From Azolla caroliniana (taxonomy: Eukaryota > Plantae > Polypodiophyta), in the NCBI GenBank assembly GCA_043228905.1, contig JBHGNT010000006.1, forward strand, positions 21,204,001 through 21,268,000: a stretch of DNA of 64,000 bases, given 5' to 3'. Position 1 is the stretch's first letter, and each line of letters begins with the position of its first letter. Shown here piece after piece: positions 12,529-25,148 of this stretch. A program made the translations under genes and the position numbers. The notes beneath the pieces are model-generated. The model did not search any database. It saw only the letters and a list, made by a program, of their open reading frames with translations, and was not told the DNA's origin.

Positions 12529-15500
12529 CATCCCTTGCCTTCTTGGTGTACAAGCAATGGTCCACATGACTTCTACGAAAACGTTGAGAATGCATAAATG
12601 TATCAAATATTTATGATATCATTCTCTTGGTGCTTGTTTCAACCCATACAAACTCCTTTTGAACTTACAAACCATCTTCTCTTTGCCTTTAGCCACAAAA
12701 CCTTCAGGTTGCTGCATATATATGTCTTCATGCAGTCTTCACATGCATCTATATGAGCTCCAAATCTTCAACTGCAACTAGACCCAAAATGGTTCTTAAT
12801 GTATTCATTTTAACTATAGGAGAGAAGATCTCATCAAAATCAACTCCATATTCCCACTTGTATCCTTTTGCAACCAACCTTGCTTTGTACTTTGGCGAGG
12901 AATCAAAAATGACCTTCATTTTATAAACCCATTTGCATGGAAGTGTTTCCTGCCCTTTAGGCAACTGCACCAAATCCCAAGTGTCATTTTTCTCAAGAGA
13001 TTCCATCTCTGACAACATGGCTTTATACCATTTCTTATTGTCCTGTCTGTCCATTGCTTCCTTGAAGCAAGATGGTTCGCCACAATCAGTCACCATGACA
13101 TAATCAGCCACATTGTTTGCATCAGGAATAAATCCATGAGGCTGTCTAGTAACTCTAAATGATCTCCTAACCCAATGCTCATTGTTTGGTAGCTATTGAG
13201 ACTGCAAATCATCATTTTCAACTTGTTGTCCAGGCATTTCAGCCTACAAATAAGCATTAACAGCTTGTTGTTCTGACCGTTCCTGCACATTTGGTGGCTC
13301 ATCATTATTGGCAAAGTCTGGCTGATCATTTTCAGCCTTATTTTCAGCATTTTCAAGTAAGTTTACAATAGGTGTTTGTTGTTGTACAGTGGGCACATTT
13401 TTCTGTCTAAAAGGTATTTCTTCTCGTAATACAACCATACGTACTTCCTCGGTCTTTTCTGGTTGTTTATGCATGTGATTTTCCCGAAAGATAACATCAT
13501 TATTTTGTACTATTTTTCTTTTCTCGGGATCCCACAATCTATACCCCATTTCACCCTTGTCACCGTATCCTAGGAAAATACATTTGCAAGACTTTGGCTC
13601 AAGTTTGTTGCGTTCTTCTTTACGAATGTGCACAAAGACCTCACAGCCAAACACTCTCAAGTGAGCATATGAAGGTGGCTTGCCCGGCCACGCTTCTTGG
13701 GGTATTCCCCCTCCCAAAACCTGTTAGGTGACCGATTAATCAAGTGAAGAGTTGTCATAACAGCCTCTGCCCAAAAACCATGGGATAACGCAACATGAGA
13801 CATCATAGTAAGGACCTTATCTTGAATGGTCCAATTCCTAAGCTCTGCAACTCCATTTTGCGGTGGATTATAAGTGCTAGTGAGTTCCCTCTTTATCCTT
13901 TTGTTGTCGCAAAATGCTTGAAAAGCCTTGGACACATACTCCCCACCATTGTCAGAGTGAAGACACTTAAGTGTCTTATCAATTTGATTCTCAACTAATG
14001 CCAAGAATGTTCGAAACTTTTCGAGCACTTCATCCTTGCTATGAATAGGGTAAACCCATACCTTCCGTGTAGCACCATCGACAAAAGTGATTATTTCTTT
14101 CCTCCTAATGATAACCCTAGCATCTGACATACATCTAAATGTACTAACTCAAGCGGGGAAGACTTCAACGAAAGAGACTCTTTATGAGATGTTTGTACAT
14201 GTTTACTATAAATGCAATGATCACAATGTTCAAAATCAGCATAACGAAGACATGGCAAGTAACCCAAACGAGAAAGTACTTTCATACCAATTTCACTCAT
14301 GTGTCCCAACCTGCCATGCCACAAAGAAACACTTGGTTGCTCGATTATGGCAACAGCATGGTCACTCACACTAGATACATGGAGAGGATACAAAGTATCA
14401 TTTTTACTACCCTTGGCAATAACTCTAGATCCCTTACAAATCTTCCATTTCCCATCACCAAAGGTGGTGTGAAATCCATCGTCATCTAGTTGTCCTATGC
14501 TAATCAAGCTCTTCTTGAGCTGAGGTACATGCCATACATGCTGAAATGTGAAAGCGGAAGCATGCTGAAATTGTAATTGCACAGTGCCAATACCTGCAAT
14601 TTCACATGCATAGTTCTCCCCAAGATGGACAACACCATGTTGACCCCCTGTGTAATCTGAAAACCACACACGATGAGGGGTGGCGTGAAAAGAAGCACCA
14701 GAATTGAGTATCCAAGTGTGCATGTCACCATCCGTATCTGCAAGTAAAGCATGTTCTCAATGGCATCAAGAGACAAAGAGTACATCATTTCCACTATCAC
14801 TGTCATGAGTGACTACATTCACCTCTTCAATTTTAGTATTGCCTTCCTTGGTTGAATGTCTCTCTTTTCTTCTATGCAATCATCTATCTTCTTGCCCTTT
14901 CCTTTCTCTTTCTTCCATTTGAAACAATCACGTTTAAAGTGACCCTTTTTGGCACAATGATAGCATTCTACATCTTTACCACGTGATTTACAACGGCCAT
15001 AACTATCAGATTTGCCTCTCTGTTGTGACCTACCCCTTGTATGCAACACACTAGAGGACTTATTGGATGCATTGTTTTGTCAACTCATCTCTTCTATGAG
15101 TAAAGAACTCTCTACATCGGCATAAAGAAGCATCACATTTGAATTGCTCATAGCAGTCCTGAAAGTATCCCAACTTTCTGGCAAGGTGCAAAGTAAAAAT
15201 GTGGCCTTAAACTCATCATCAATGATGAATTTCAAGGCAACTAGCTGGCTGAAAATGGAATTGAACTCACTCTGGTGAGTGGACATGGGTGTGCCCTCTA
15301 TCATGAGCAAATGCATAAGTTTATTAAGCCAATAAACTTTGCTAACTGCCATCTTCTGGGCATACAGTTCCTTTAGTCTAGTCCATATAGAATAGGCAGA
15401 GTCCAAACCTTCAATATTAAACAGTAAGGCATCAAAAATTGATAACTCAATAGTTGAGCGTGCAAGCTCGTTCAAATCTTGCCTATCATCTTGGTCTATA

Positions 15501-15693
15501 TCTGTAGGCTTTACCCCTTTGACTTTAATAGACTTTGCATGCTTCTTTTGCAGCAGGATGTTGTTGCACTGCTTTTTCCATACCACAAAGTTATATGCAC
15601 CCTCAAGCTTCGTGATGTGCATAAGGTGGCTACTGTCACTGCTGCTAGCCATGATTTCTTAGCCCAATTACATGTTTCTTCTGCAACAGGATA

Positions 15694-16236
15694 TGTTGGG
15701 AACAGGTCCCTTCGGATGGGAAGAGAAGAGTTGAGGCCGAAACCAAAATCGTGGATACAACCAACTCAGGAGACTATATTTGTAAATAGTCGAAATGTGC
15801 CCCATGAGGGCTATGTATGTAAATAGCCATAAAGTTGTATAAGTATAAATACAACTAGGGAAAACATTAGGGAGATGGTAGATGTATCATTATTATGAGA
15901 TAGAGTTAGTGTAGGTCATCGCATGTGTAACTAAGAGAAAGTGAGAGAGAGTATGAGTGTGAGTGAGTGTGTCTCTACAGCCGTCTGTTGACGAGGAAGA
16001 ACTCGAGGTCGTTGCCTCCAATCTTCTTGTTGTACTTCTCTCATCATCATACTGATTCTATTTTTGAGTTTGTGGACTCCATGTGGTTTTCCCAGACTGG
16101 GTTTCCACATTAAACATCTAGTGTCTCTCTGTACTTGTTTTCTTGTCTTCGCGTTTTTCTGTCTATGTACTAGTTCTCTTGTTTTCTGCACCCGGATACA
16201 AACATGTAACAAGTTGTGGCTGGTCTATTCCTAACA
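15694..16236 (+). mobile_element. Solo LTR inserted into a duplicated 5' gag segment of Copia A
   Basis: Termini TGTTGGGAACAG..CTATTCCTAACA. TSD GGATA/GGATG. TATAAATA at ~15844. Carries the Copia U5 motif GTGGACTCC..GGTTTTCCC..GGGTTTCCAC also seen in the Copia C LTRs. Confidence 0.85.
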
Positions 16237-16719
16237 GGATGTTATAGCGGTACTTTTTTCATACCGCAAAGTTATGTGCACCCTCAAGCTTCTTGATGTG
16301 CCTAAGGTGGCTACTGTCACTACTGCTAGTCATGATTTCTTAGCCCAAACGGAGGACCAAACTTGCTTTGCAGAAAAAAAAGACCTGTTCTATAGAAAAA
16401 CGTGATCTACTCTACAGAAAAAAAGAAGACCTGCTCTGCAAAAAAAACGTGACCTGCTCTACAGAAAACCCTAAACCCTACTCTAATACCAGTTTGAAGG
16501 GTAGCATGAGGATTAGGGTTTAGGTCAACCAGAGAGGGAGAGAGTCTGAGTGAGAGACAAAGGGAGGGAGAGAGAGATGCATGTTGTCTTGGGTACAAAG
16601 ATTGTACCATTTTTATGGTTTTTAGATATTATGTATATACAAGTCAAAAATGTGCTACGAGTGTGTTCACACTCATGCACTAATAAAAGGCACGATGGCC
16701 CTTTATTCCCAACAGGCAA

Positions 16720-17090
16720 CATGTTAATATTGTGCACTGTAGTGAGTAGAACCTCGGTCCAAACTCCATAGATAAACCAGATTGCTCCATCATGGCAACA
16801 ATTCTTTCCTGAATTGTGTGGTTCACGCATTCGACAATGTGATTCTGCTCTACGCTATAGGGAGTCATGAATTCACATTGGATAACTTTTTGTTTACAAA
16901 ACAAGGTGAATTCATCAAGTTGGACTCTCCATGGTTATCAAGCCACAAACTTTTTAGCTTTTGATTTATTTGATTCTCAACCATTGTGAGCCAACCTTCG
17001 AAGATTGCAAAGACTTTGTCTTTGGTTCTCATTGGGTAGACCCACATCTTCTTGGTTACATCATCGATGAATGTGACGGTGTATGAAGCG
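16720..17090 (-). mobile_element. Old Ty1/copia remnant (integrase core); right half of the element split by Copia A
   Basis: VTFIDDVTKKMWVYPMRTKDKVF..KLKSLWLDNHGE..TPYSVEQNHIVEC. Confidence 0.8.
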
Positions 17091-17091
17091 T

Positions 17092-17700
17092 TGTCGTAGA
17101 GTTCATGATCTTCATGTTGAATGCTAGGGTTATGATCTATGATAGTTCATAACAAAAAGGGATAGAGACAAGCATAGACAAGAGATGGAGATAATTAAAG
17201 TTACAATATTCAAACTCTTATTTTTTCCTACTCTAGCTTGAACCCGTGACGTCAATCTTGAGAGATGAGAAACCTTCCAAGTAAACTGGATTAATGTCTT
17301 GATTATTGATGAATGTATTTTTCCTTGATAGATGCTTACATGCTCCCCTCCGTTCTCCTTAAACAACTGTTCAAATAAGAATGCATGTGATGAGTGCATG
17401 TGAAGGATGCAATGCATGTGATGTGTGAGTGCATGTGATGTGTGATCTCCACTTGGCACATGTTATGTCTAATGCATGACAACCATGTTGCTCATCTAAG
17501 TTACATGTATGGAATCTAAATAAATAGAAGAGATTATCCGAATGGTTCATACTCGGTGTTTGATATGTGTATTATAGGTTTGAGCCTCACAAATGTCACT
17601 TGATTGTTTTTCATATCGTGAAGTAATGGCTTCAAGACTACACTACTACAAAATAGGCAATTAACAATGGGAAAACATGATACTAAAAATATCACTAATT
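17092..17700 (-). repeat. Degenerate LTR-like remnant related to the Trp-primed Gypsy LTRs
   Basis: Starts TGTCGTAGAG. The CATGCA-rich block ending cacttggcac..gcatgacaaccatg resembles 38200-38340. Confidence 0.4.
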
Positions 17701-20110
17701 GTGTTGTTCTCTTATTATCATGTGACATAGTTACCAAATCATAATGCGATATAAATTAAAGTGTTCCATAACGACTCATTGAAACAACAACAAAAAAGTA
17801 TAAATAGGGGAGCTCGAGACCCTTTTGATGCTCTATTGCTTCTTTTGTGGTCTCCCTTGCTCATCACACTCATGCTCTCCAAAACTCACTCTCAACGTAT
17901 TTGCCAGCTCTTTGATTCACACTCTTCCACTCACGTTGTCATTCACAACTTAGAATGATGAGCAAGACAACAAAATTTGTTTTCTTTGTCTTCTCTTTTT
18001 CCCTAAAGCTCTTGTGGTCTATCTCCCTACCTCACAATCACATTGTCCAAAATCTGCTCTCAATGTATTTTCCAACTCTTCGATTGACACTCTTCCACTC
18101 ACGCTCTTGTTCACAAAGTAGAATGTCAAGTGAGAGAACAAAATTTGGTCAAAGGAATTTCATTAATAAGTGTCATTTCCACAAAAATGCATGTGTCCTT
18201 CACATATTTACGATATTCATAAAGGAACAAAAAATGGATATGATCTCCACTAATGTGATAACTCCTCATCATTATTTGGTGACAAATTATCATTACCTTT
18301 TCTTGAGTGTTCTACCATATCCGTAACTAGATCTGGAATACTTTGGCCGATCCATTCGTCTCGTTCAACCTCAACGAGGTCTTTTGTTCCATGAAATTCC
18401 TGAAATATAAAAGTATAGGAGTCAAAAATGTAATTAGGAGAAGCCTGAAATTATAGTTATTAGGGTTTTCGAAACTGAATCGTTTTGTAAAATCCACTTG
18501 CCGTTGCATTTGGTGGAGGATACATGGTTGTCAAAATTTTGTAACCTTTGCATGTAGCTATTTTTTTATCATCCCTCATATGTGAGTGCTCATAATCTTT
18601 CATCCACAATAAAAATCATGAATTAGAACTAAAAAAGTTATGCTTACACGACCAAAATTTTGAATCACAAATTTACACTTATAAAATGGGTCTTAAACCC
18701 TTTTTATGTTGCCACTTTAGAGATTAATAATTTATGATCTGTTCTACCTGATGGAGGGAGACCAAAGTGAAAACAAATAACATACTATCTAGAGATATAG
18801 TGCGTTATATATATCATTTGTAAAAATCTCAACAAAGGTTTTGATCCCACACCACTACTCGAGGATCTCAAATGTGTCTTTATAAGTAAACAAACAATAG
18901 TCATGGGCCCCAATTTATATCTTGGATTGTAATAATTTAATGAGCACTATGAAATGTCATTAAGTTTCTATGAGTGGTTTGGGTGCATCATGCTTGAAAA
19001 TTATTAGACATGATTGACCATTGATTAAACTAGCTCTAGTAGGAGTTGTTACCATCCCATTGATGAAGTCTAGAAACGATGATATCTGACTATATTGTTT
19101 TCTTTATTCAATTCATTTTACAATGTGTGAAATAATGACACTCGCCTAAACCCCGGGAAACACTTGCTAGGAAATGTTTACCCATCTTTATGACAAAGTG
19201 ACCAATTATTGTCTAGACATTGTAAGTTGAACTATTAAGGGTGTGCCACTATTAACTACAAGATGTGAAGTTGTTGTGTAGCCATGAGAGATACCAAATT
19301 TTTCTACAAAAGGAAGTACCTTTAGATCTTGTTGATAATCGAGTCTCATCATGCATAATATGCAACAACAAAAATCATCTAGTTTTGGGAAAAAAAATCA
19401 TCTAGCTACCAATGATGCTTCCCATAAATCCTTTTGGCGTATAAAATCCAAGCAACTCAATTTAATTTCTATTGTCCCTTCATTCCTATTAAAACTATTG
19501 TAAATCATTTTAAGGAACCATCTAAATAGACAAAAGGATAAGAATTGATACTTAGTTTCGAAACCATAGGAGTTATCATTAGCACCCATAATACATACCT
19601 TCTTTTCGAAGTTGTCACAAAAAGACAAACTCTTTTGAATTGTTTCATAATTAAATTGGTGTGTTGTACAAGCTAAAGAGGCATTCCCCTGAAGAAGTCG
19701 ATGATACATCACTAACTTGACAAATAAATGCTTGAAACATGATACCAAGGACGGACTTGCCTCAAACATAAACTTGTATGCATACGCATTTTGAACCATG
19801 AAAGTTATACCTCATCTTTATAATTTATCTATGATTCCTATAGTGCCTCAAATCACGGATTGGTGATGCCTTAAAGCATTTCAAAGCTATATTGTCCTGC
19901 ATGTATATATATTTTTTCAAAAAGTTAACAAAACTAAATTGTGATGTGTTATTCATCCTTAGTGATCCTTAGTTTTTGTAGTTGCCTTTACGATATCTAT
20001 TCAAGTATTTCATAAACCCTTGAAATCCTTCTATGCAAAGAGAAGTGGACTTTCCTCTAAGTTACGAGAAACATGGATACCTCAACAAATGACGAAACAA
20101 AATCTCGAGG

Positions 20111-20210
20111 TTACAATGGCATTGACATTTGGTTCTACACAAATATTTCAGGTTAACTGGCTACAATGACATTGACATGTGGTTCTATACAAATATTTTA
20201 GGTTAATTGT
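20111..20210. repeat. 50-bp tandem duplication
   Basis: ttacaatggcattgacatttggttctacacaaatatttcaggttaactgg recurs at 20161 with few mismatches. Confidence 0.85.
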
Positions 20211-21615
20211 TGATAACTGGGGGTATTTTGGATATCCGTCATTGGATCATTTACATTATTTCCTAATGGAAGCTTTGTTTTTACCCTAATTTTAAACTAG
20301 TCATTAGGAGAGGTTTGCATTCATCTCAAAATTCCATCTAGAAACTATTAAGTTTGTGATTTTTTGTTGAAAAAGATGAAAAAAAAACCATTGATGTAAA
20401 AGTACATGGACCAAGTACATTTACAAACTTTTGAAACTTCTTTTGAAAGGCTGTTCAGGTCTTTCGAATACTCTCATTGAAATTCAAATCCAAAAAAGTG
20501 TGAGCAAAAAAAACTTCCCTATTGTGTAAGTGTGAGTGTCGATTTTATTCGCTACCCAACTGTTTAAAACAAAAATTGCAATAAATGTGGAGGATTTTAC
20601 ATCAACACATGCCAAATTCCTCAAATTTTGACTTCAAAGGCACCTTAGCGAGGCTTTGAAGGTCCAAATTGGTCACAAAAATTGACACTGAGATATCTGC
20701 AATCAAAAGTAGGCTGATTCTACTGCCTGCATCTATCACAAGGCCTCTTCGTCCAACATCCAATTAAGGCTCTTGAAAAGCTATCTCAATGCTTTTTGTC
20801 ATTCTAGATACAACTTCATCTGCGTAGTTGAAACTAACTATTTCGAATGTACTTCTGAAAATATTTCATATTGTGCATAAATGCATTTGTCAATAAATGA
20901 TAGATATTGTAACATTCAGGTAGAAATGATAATTTCATGAATATAAAAATGTGGCTAATTTTCAATTTTTTGTCCACTATCACAATTACCACTCTCTACT
21001 TTACAGCCCTCTAATTCACAACCCAGAGAAGCCCTAACTTATTGATAACCATTTTCACAAGCTAACTTCCCTCATTCATTATCATACCAAAGCTGGAATA
21101 TAGAGTCTTCCAATCCTAAAAACTCCTTGACAAATACATACATTCATGAGCAGAATGTACTAATGAACATGAAAAAAATGTATATAAATGCAAACTGGGA
21201 GTCATTAATTCATATTTATTGACAAATTAATACACGGGTTTTTGATTAACTTCCAATTAACATAATCAACTTCATCTATAAATACACAATGCCCATTATC
21301 TTTAAAAATCTCCCACACTGGGGTTCGAAAAGGTAGGCCCAAATACAAACACACTTCAATATACATCGTAACACACAATGTGTCAGTGTCACATACGAGT
21401 AAGCCAGTGTCCACCACAATTTACTACTCTTGAAATGGGTAACAAATACCACATGCTTTGGGATGGCAAAAGAGTTGGATAGTTAATCATCATAACCTGT
21501 CTGTATCATGAACAAAGAAGGGACACCCTGAATTTCTTTTCATAAATATTTCATTACTCGACTAGAAGGCAAATCGCAAATACCTCAGGCCCATAGCATG
21601 ATCCACCATTATAAG

Positions 21616-23271
21616 TTAACCGCCAAAAAGGCGAATCCACCAAGGTTTGCCATTTGGAACCTCCCGAAGCCTTCTAGCTTGCATTTCGAGATGAACGCTG
21701 GGTTGCTTTTGTGAATAATTGCCAAGTAAAAGATTACCAAGGCATGAAATCGCAACCAACCCCACAACACTAAACAATGGACCTGCCATCAGCTCAACTA
21801 AGGAGAATTTCTCTTTTACATTTCTAACATTCTCAAAAGACTCTTCAACTAATGATTCTTCTAAATGCAACCCCACTCCTGATAGCACTTCCATTGATTC
21901 ACTACGAGATGATTGTTCACCATTACTGTTCCCCTCGGTGCTCGATACATCACCTGATGCCTCTTCTGATGCTGCTGCCGTACTAGAGCCAGTGTTCATG
22001 TGAACAGCCTCTTGAACAATGTTCCGACCCTTCTTCAGGTCCTCATAATCAGGATCATCAGTAGGAAGCTCGTATCTACACACAGGGCATGAGTTCCTTG
22101 TTCCAAGCCACGGGAGGATACACATACTATGGTAGAGGTGTAGACAAGGGAGTTGCTTCACGGGCTCATCAAGCCCAACCACATCTTTACAAATCGCACA
22201 TATAGCCGAACCATCATTAATATGCTCTTGTTGTATATGAACAAAAGGGAGAGCATCAATAACTGACTTGGCAGCAGGGGGAGGACCATGCCAAGAAGTG
22301 TCCGTATCAATAAGTTGTTGTAGGAGCTCTTCAAATCCTTGAGCATCGACGTAATCACCCGGATTAGAAACATAAGAATCCGATTCAAACCCACCATCTA
22401 GAGGTATTTCAGCATTATAACTCTCCAGATTCCTTCGGATAGCTTGCAACCGGCTAAGCACCAATTCCCGCGGAAGAATATTCCTAGTATGCATTTGATA
22501 GAACTGTGACCCCTCATCTCCTTCCACATTCTCTTGATCTTGGGTACGCACAGTCTCATTGAAATGTACTTCATTAAATTCCACTTCTTCCCAGTCGACT
22601 TCATCATCCTCTACAAACGAATCCCAATCACTCAGCTCAAGAAGACCCACTTCAGCATCAGATTCGGTCTCGTCGCCATGTGAGCCAAATTCTTCTAAAT
22701 GTTGGTCTAGAATAGTATGTATCTCCTCTATACTTAACTGAGAGAATTCAGGTTCAGGAATTTCGTGAATTGAGGCATGTGTGCCTGGCTGAGTTCCAAA
22801 CACACCATCTGAACCAGACCCAATGGTATTAGGGATTGCACCATGCATCATGACATCATTGGATAGTCTCATGGTTGTAATGTCAGACAGTGTGCCAAGT
22901 GGCACAAAACCATTGGATGGTAGACGTCTAGACGGAGGATGTGTTGCAATGTGTACCTCTTGAAAAGATGAAGTAGTGCCATCCACATCCACATCCACAT
23001 TCTCATCCAAGGAGGAGGACGTGTTTCGTGTGGCCAATTCCGATGGGCCATTCAAATTTGTTCGCCCAATTCGAGTTTGTCTATGTTGATGTGGGATAGA
23101 AGATATGTGGGCATGTGCTGTTTCCATTGTCTCTATAAACCCACCCCCACATATGGAACATATCACTGTTTCATCTTCTTCAGAGACACTGGGTACATGA
23201 GCCACCTGAATCTCAGCATTACATTCATGGCACCAATGAGCGTGCTGTGATGAGCGTTGAAATCCCTCCAT
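21616..23271 (-). CDS. RING-H2 E3 ubiquitin ligase with N-terminal zinc ribbon (BTL/RING1/CIP8-like), 551 aa, single coding exon, C-terminal hydrophobic segment
   Basis: Intact ORF from the first ATG (MEGFQ..). N-terminal WCHEC..CSICGGGFIE ribbon; GPPPAAKSVIDALP; RING-H2 CAICKD..LPCLHLYHSMCILPWLGTRNSCPVCRYELPTDD; tail AGPLFSVVGLVAISCLGNLLL. Confidence 0.93.
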   Translation of the reverse strand: MEGFQRSSQHAHWCHECNAEIQVAHVPSVSEEDETVICSICGGGFIETMETAHAHISSIPHQHRQTRIGRTNLNGPSELATRNTSSSLDENVDVDVDGTTSSFQEVHIATHPPSRRLPSNGFVPLGTLSDITTMRLSNDVMMHGAIPNTIGSGSDGVFGTQPGTHASIHEIPEPEFSQLSIEEIHTILDQHLEEFGSHGDETESDAEVGLLELSDWDSFVEDDEVDWEEVEFNEVHFNETVRTQDQENVEGDEGSQFYQMHTRNILPRELVLSRLQAIRRNLESYNAEIPLDGGFESDSYVSNPGDYVDAQGFEELLQQLIDTDTSWHGPPPAAKSVIDALPFVHIQQEHINDGSAICAICKDVVGLDEPVKQLPCLHLYHSMCILPWLGTRNSCPVCRYELPTDDPDYEDLKKGRNIVQEAVHMNTGSSTAAASEEASGDVSSTEGNSNGEQSSRSESMEVLSGVGLHLEESLVEESFENVRNVKEKFSLVELMAGPLFSVVGLVAISCLGNLLLGNYSQKQPSVHLEMQARRLREVPNGKPWWIRLFGG

Positions 23272-23993
23272 GTATACAAAAAAATGAAAATACAGAATAA
23301 TAATTGGGGAATTTAGCAAAAGTGAAGGAAAAGAAGGAATGCAAACCCTAAACCAAAGTGGTAAAACTCAAGAAGCTTCAAAAAAAGGCAGGACAGAGAA
23401 AACACAAAATTTTAGAAATGCAAAAAATGTATAGAACCCTAAAAACAAATATATGCAAAAATTGAAACAAAAGCCCTAAGAAAGGAACAGCAAAAGTGAA
23501 ATAACTGAAGGAACACTAAAAAACAAGGAAATGCAAACGCAGGGATATCAAGAACCCAAAAAAACCAGGAAACGCAGAAAAATTAGAAAAAAATGAAGAA
23601 AACCACTGACAACATAAAGATCTAAAGACTTTGAAAAGGAAATGCAAAAGGGAAAGAAATGAAGAAACCCTAAAAAACAACAAAATGAAAGAAACAGGAA
23701 TGTAAAGAAACCAAAAACCAGTGAACTTCAAAATAATGAAGAAAAGCCCTGACAATAGAAAGAGCTACTACCTTCTCAACAAACACAAAACCGAAAGAGC
23801 GTCAACGGAAGACAGAGAGCAGACAGTGAATCAGTTAGTCGCCTTTTCGAGAAGAAAAATCAGAGAGCAGTAACTCCGAGAACAGGGGAAACCCTAAAAC
23901 AGAGTGCCAGACAGGAGAAAGGAGAGTTAGGAACAAGGAAGCTTATTTTTAAGTAATGACCCTTTTTCTTTGTTTCTTCCTCTCATTCTTTCC

Positions 23994-24350
23994 CATGTAT
24001 GTAGGTATGTATGTATGTTATGTGTGTGTGTGTATATGCATGCATGTGTGTATGTATGTATGCTATGTGTGTGTGTGTGTATGCATGCATGCATCTGTGT
24101 ATGTATGTATGCATGTGTGTATGTATGTATGTTGTGTGTGTGTGTATCTATGCATGTGTGTGTATGTATGTTATCTGTGTGTATGCATGCATGCATGTGT
24201 GTATGTATGTATGCATGTGTGTATGTATGTATGTATGTATGTATGTATGTATGTATGCATGTGTGTATGTATGTATGTATGTATGCATGTATGTATGTAT
24301 GTATGCATGTGTGTGTATGTGTGCATGTAGGCATACATGTATGCTCGTGT
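23994..24350. repeat. Compound (TATG)n/(TG)n/CATG microsatellite upstream of the RING gene
   Basis: Directly visible. It produces spurious HT/CV-rich ORFs. Confidence 0.95.
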
Positions 24351-24449
24351 CTATATGCTACCAAATCATTAAAACGCCTCCATTTCGATAATCTCATGCA
24401 ATCTGCACCATCAAATCATTATCCACAAAAAACGTGCGCCCATAAGGAA

Positions 24450-24660
24450 CCCGGCTCTGACCAACCTTTGCCATGTCTTAGCTCGGGCAATTGGAATTTC
24501 TAACCCGCCTCTGTCTGGCCTCTGTCACGTCTACCTCAACTCTGTCACATGTAACCCGGCTTTATCCAACCTTTATCACGTTTAACTTGGCTTTGCCCTT
24601 GCATCTATCACGTCTAACCCGGTTCTTTTCTTACCTCTATCACGTCTAAATTGGCCCAAA
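24450..24660. repeat. Degenerate ~30-bp tandem repeat with core CTRTCACGTCTAAC
   Basis: Units at about 24521, 24541, 24572, 24605 and 24635. Confidence 0.6.
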
Positions 24661-25004
24661 TTTGCTAACCTAGCTCCATGAGTCAAGTCGTCATGCGCCT
24701 CCATGCATTCAAATTGAGAGGTGCACCCTTTGCGACATCTTTTAAAGATTGAACCATGACTTTACCTATTCATAATAAATCTTTAACAATTAATTCATAT
24801 GTACCTTGATTGAACGCAAAATACCTTGGGGAACAATACATCAAGGGATCTAAGTCATCCTCCGTCTTCGTCAGCCTTAGACTCATTGTCCTACTTAGAT
24901 GTCATTAAAGTTCCTCAATATGATGAGGTTTCCTCTATTTCGAATTGCAACTCAAATATAAAAATTCTCACTTCAGCATCATAAATATCTATCATCTAGA
25001 ATGT

Positions 25005-25148
25005 GGTTGAGAGACAAGCTCAACATGGGCCGAATTGGATGTGTGCTGATTGGTTAGGCCCGAATCGGCTGAATAAGCCAAAGGCTGAATCGGTTGGCTC
25101 AGTTGGATAGAATCCAACATGTCATTGTCGTAGAAAATTATGTGTATG
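25005..25148 (+). mobile_element. 5' fragment of a Copia B-family LTR
   Basis: GTTGAGAGACAAGCTCAACA matches the start of the Copia B LTR. Confidence 0.7.

Larger units (their letters stand above)
5996..16714 (-). mobile_element. Copia A: Ty1/copia LTR retrotransposon, decayed, RNase H largely deleted, hosting nested insertions
   Basis: LTRs at 5996-6223 and 16495-16714 (TG..CA). TSD GGCAA at 5991-5995 and 16715-16719. Met-i-like PBS (rc of ctctaatacca, 16481-16491). PPT at 6224-6234. Gag 15652-15080, CCHC knuckle ~14970, protease WILNSGASFH, integrase 14130-13244, RT 13111-12534 continuing at 6850-6334 (LYVDDML). Confidence 0.95.

Noticed and set aside
23272-23319. Extended N-terminus of the RING ORF
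   Set aside because: It begins at a non-ATG codon in the T-rich leader. The first ATG is at 23271.
23927-24503. ORFs rich in HT or CV/MY repeats
   Set aside because: Translation artefacts of the (TATG)n/(TG)n microsatellite.
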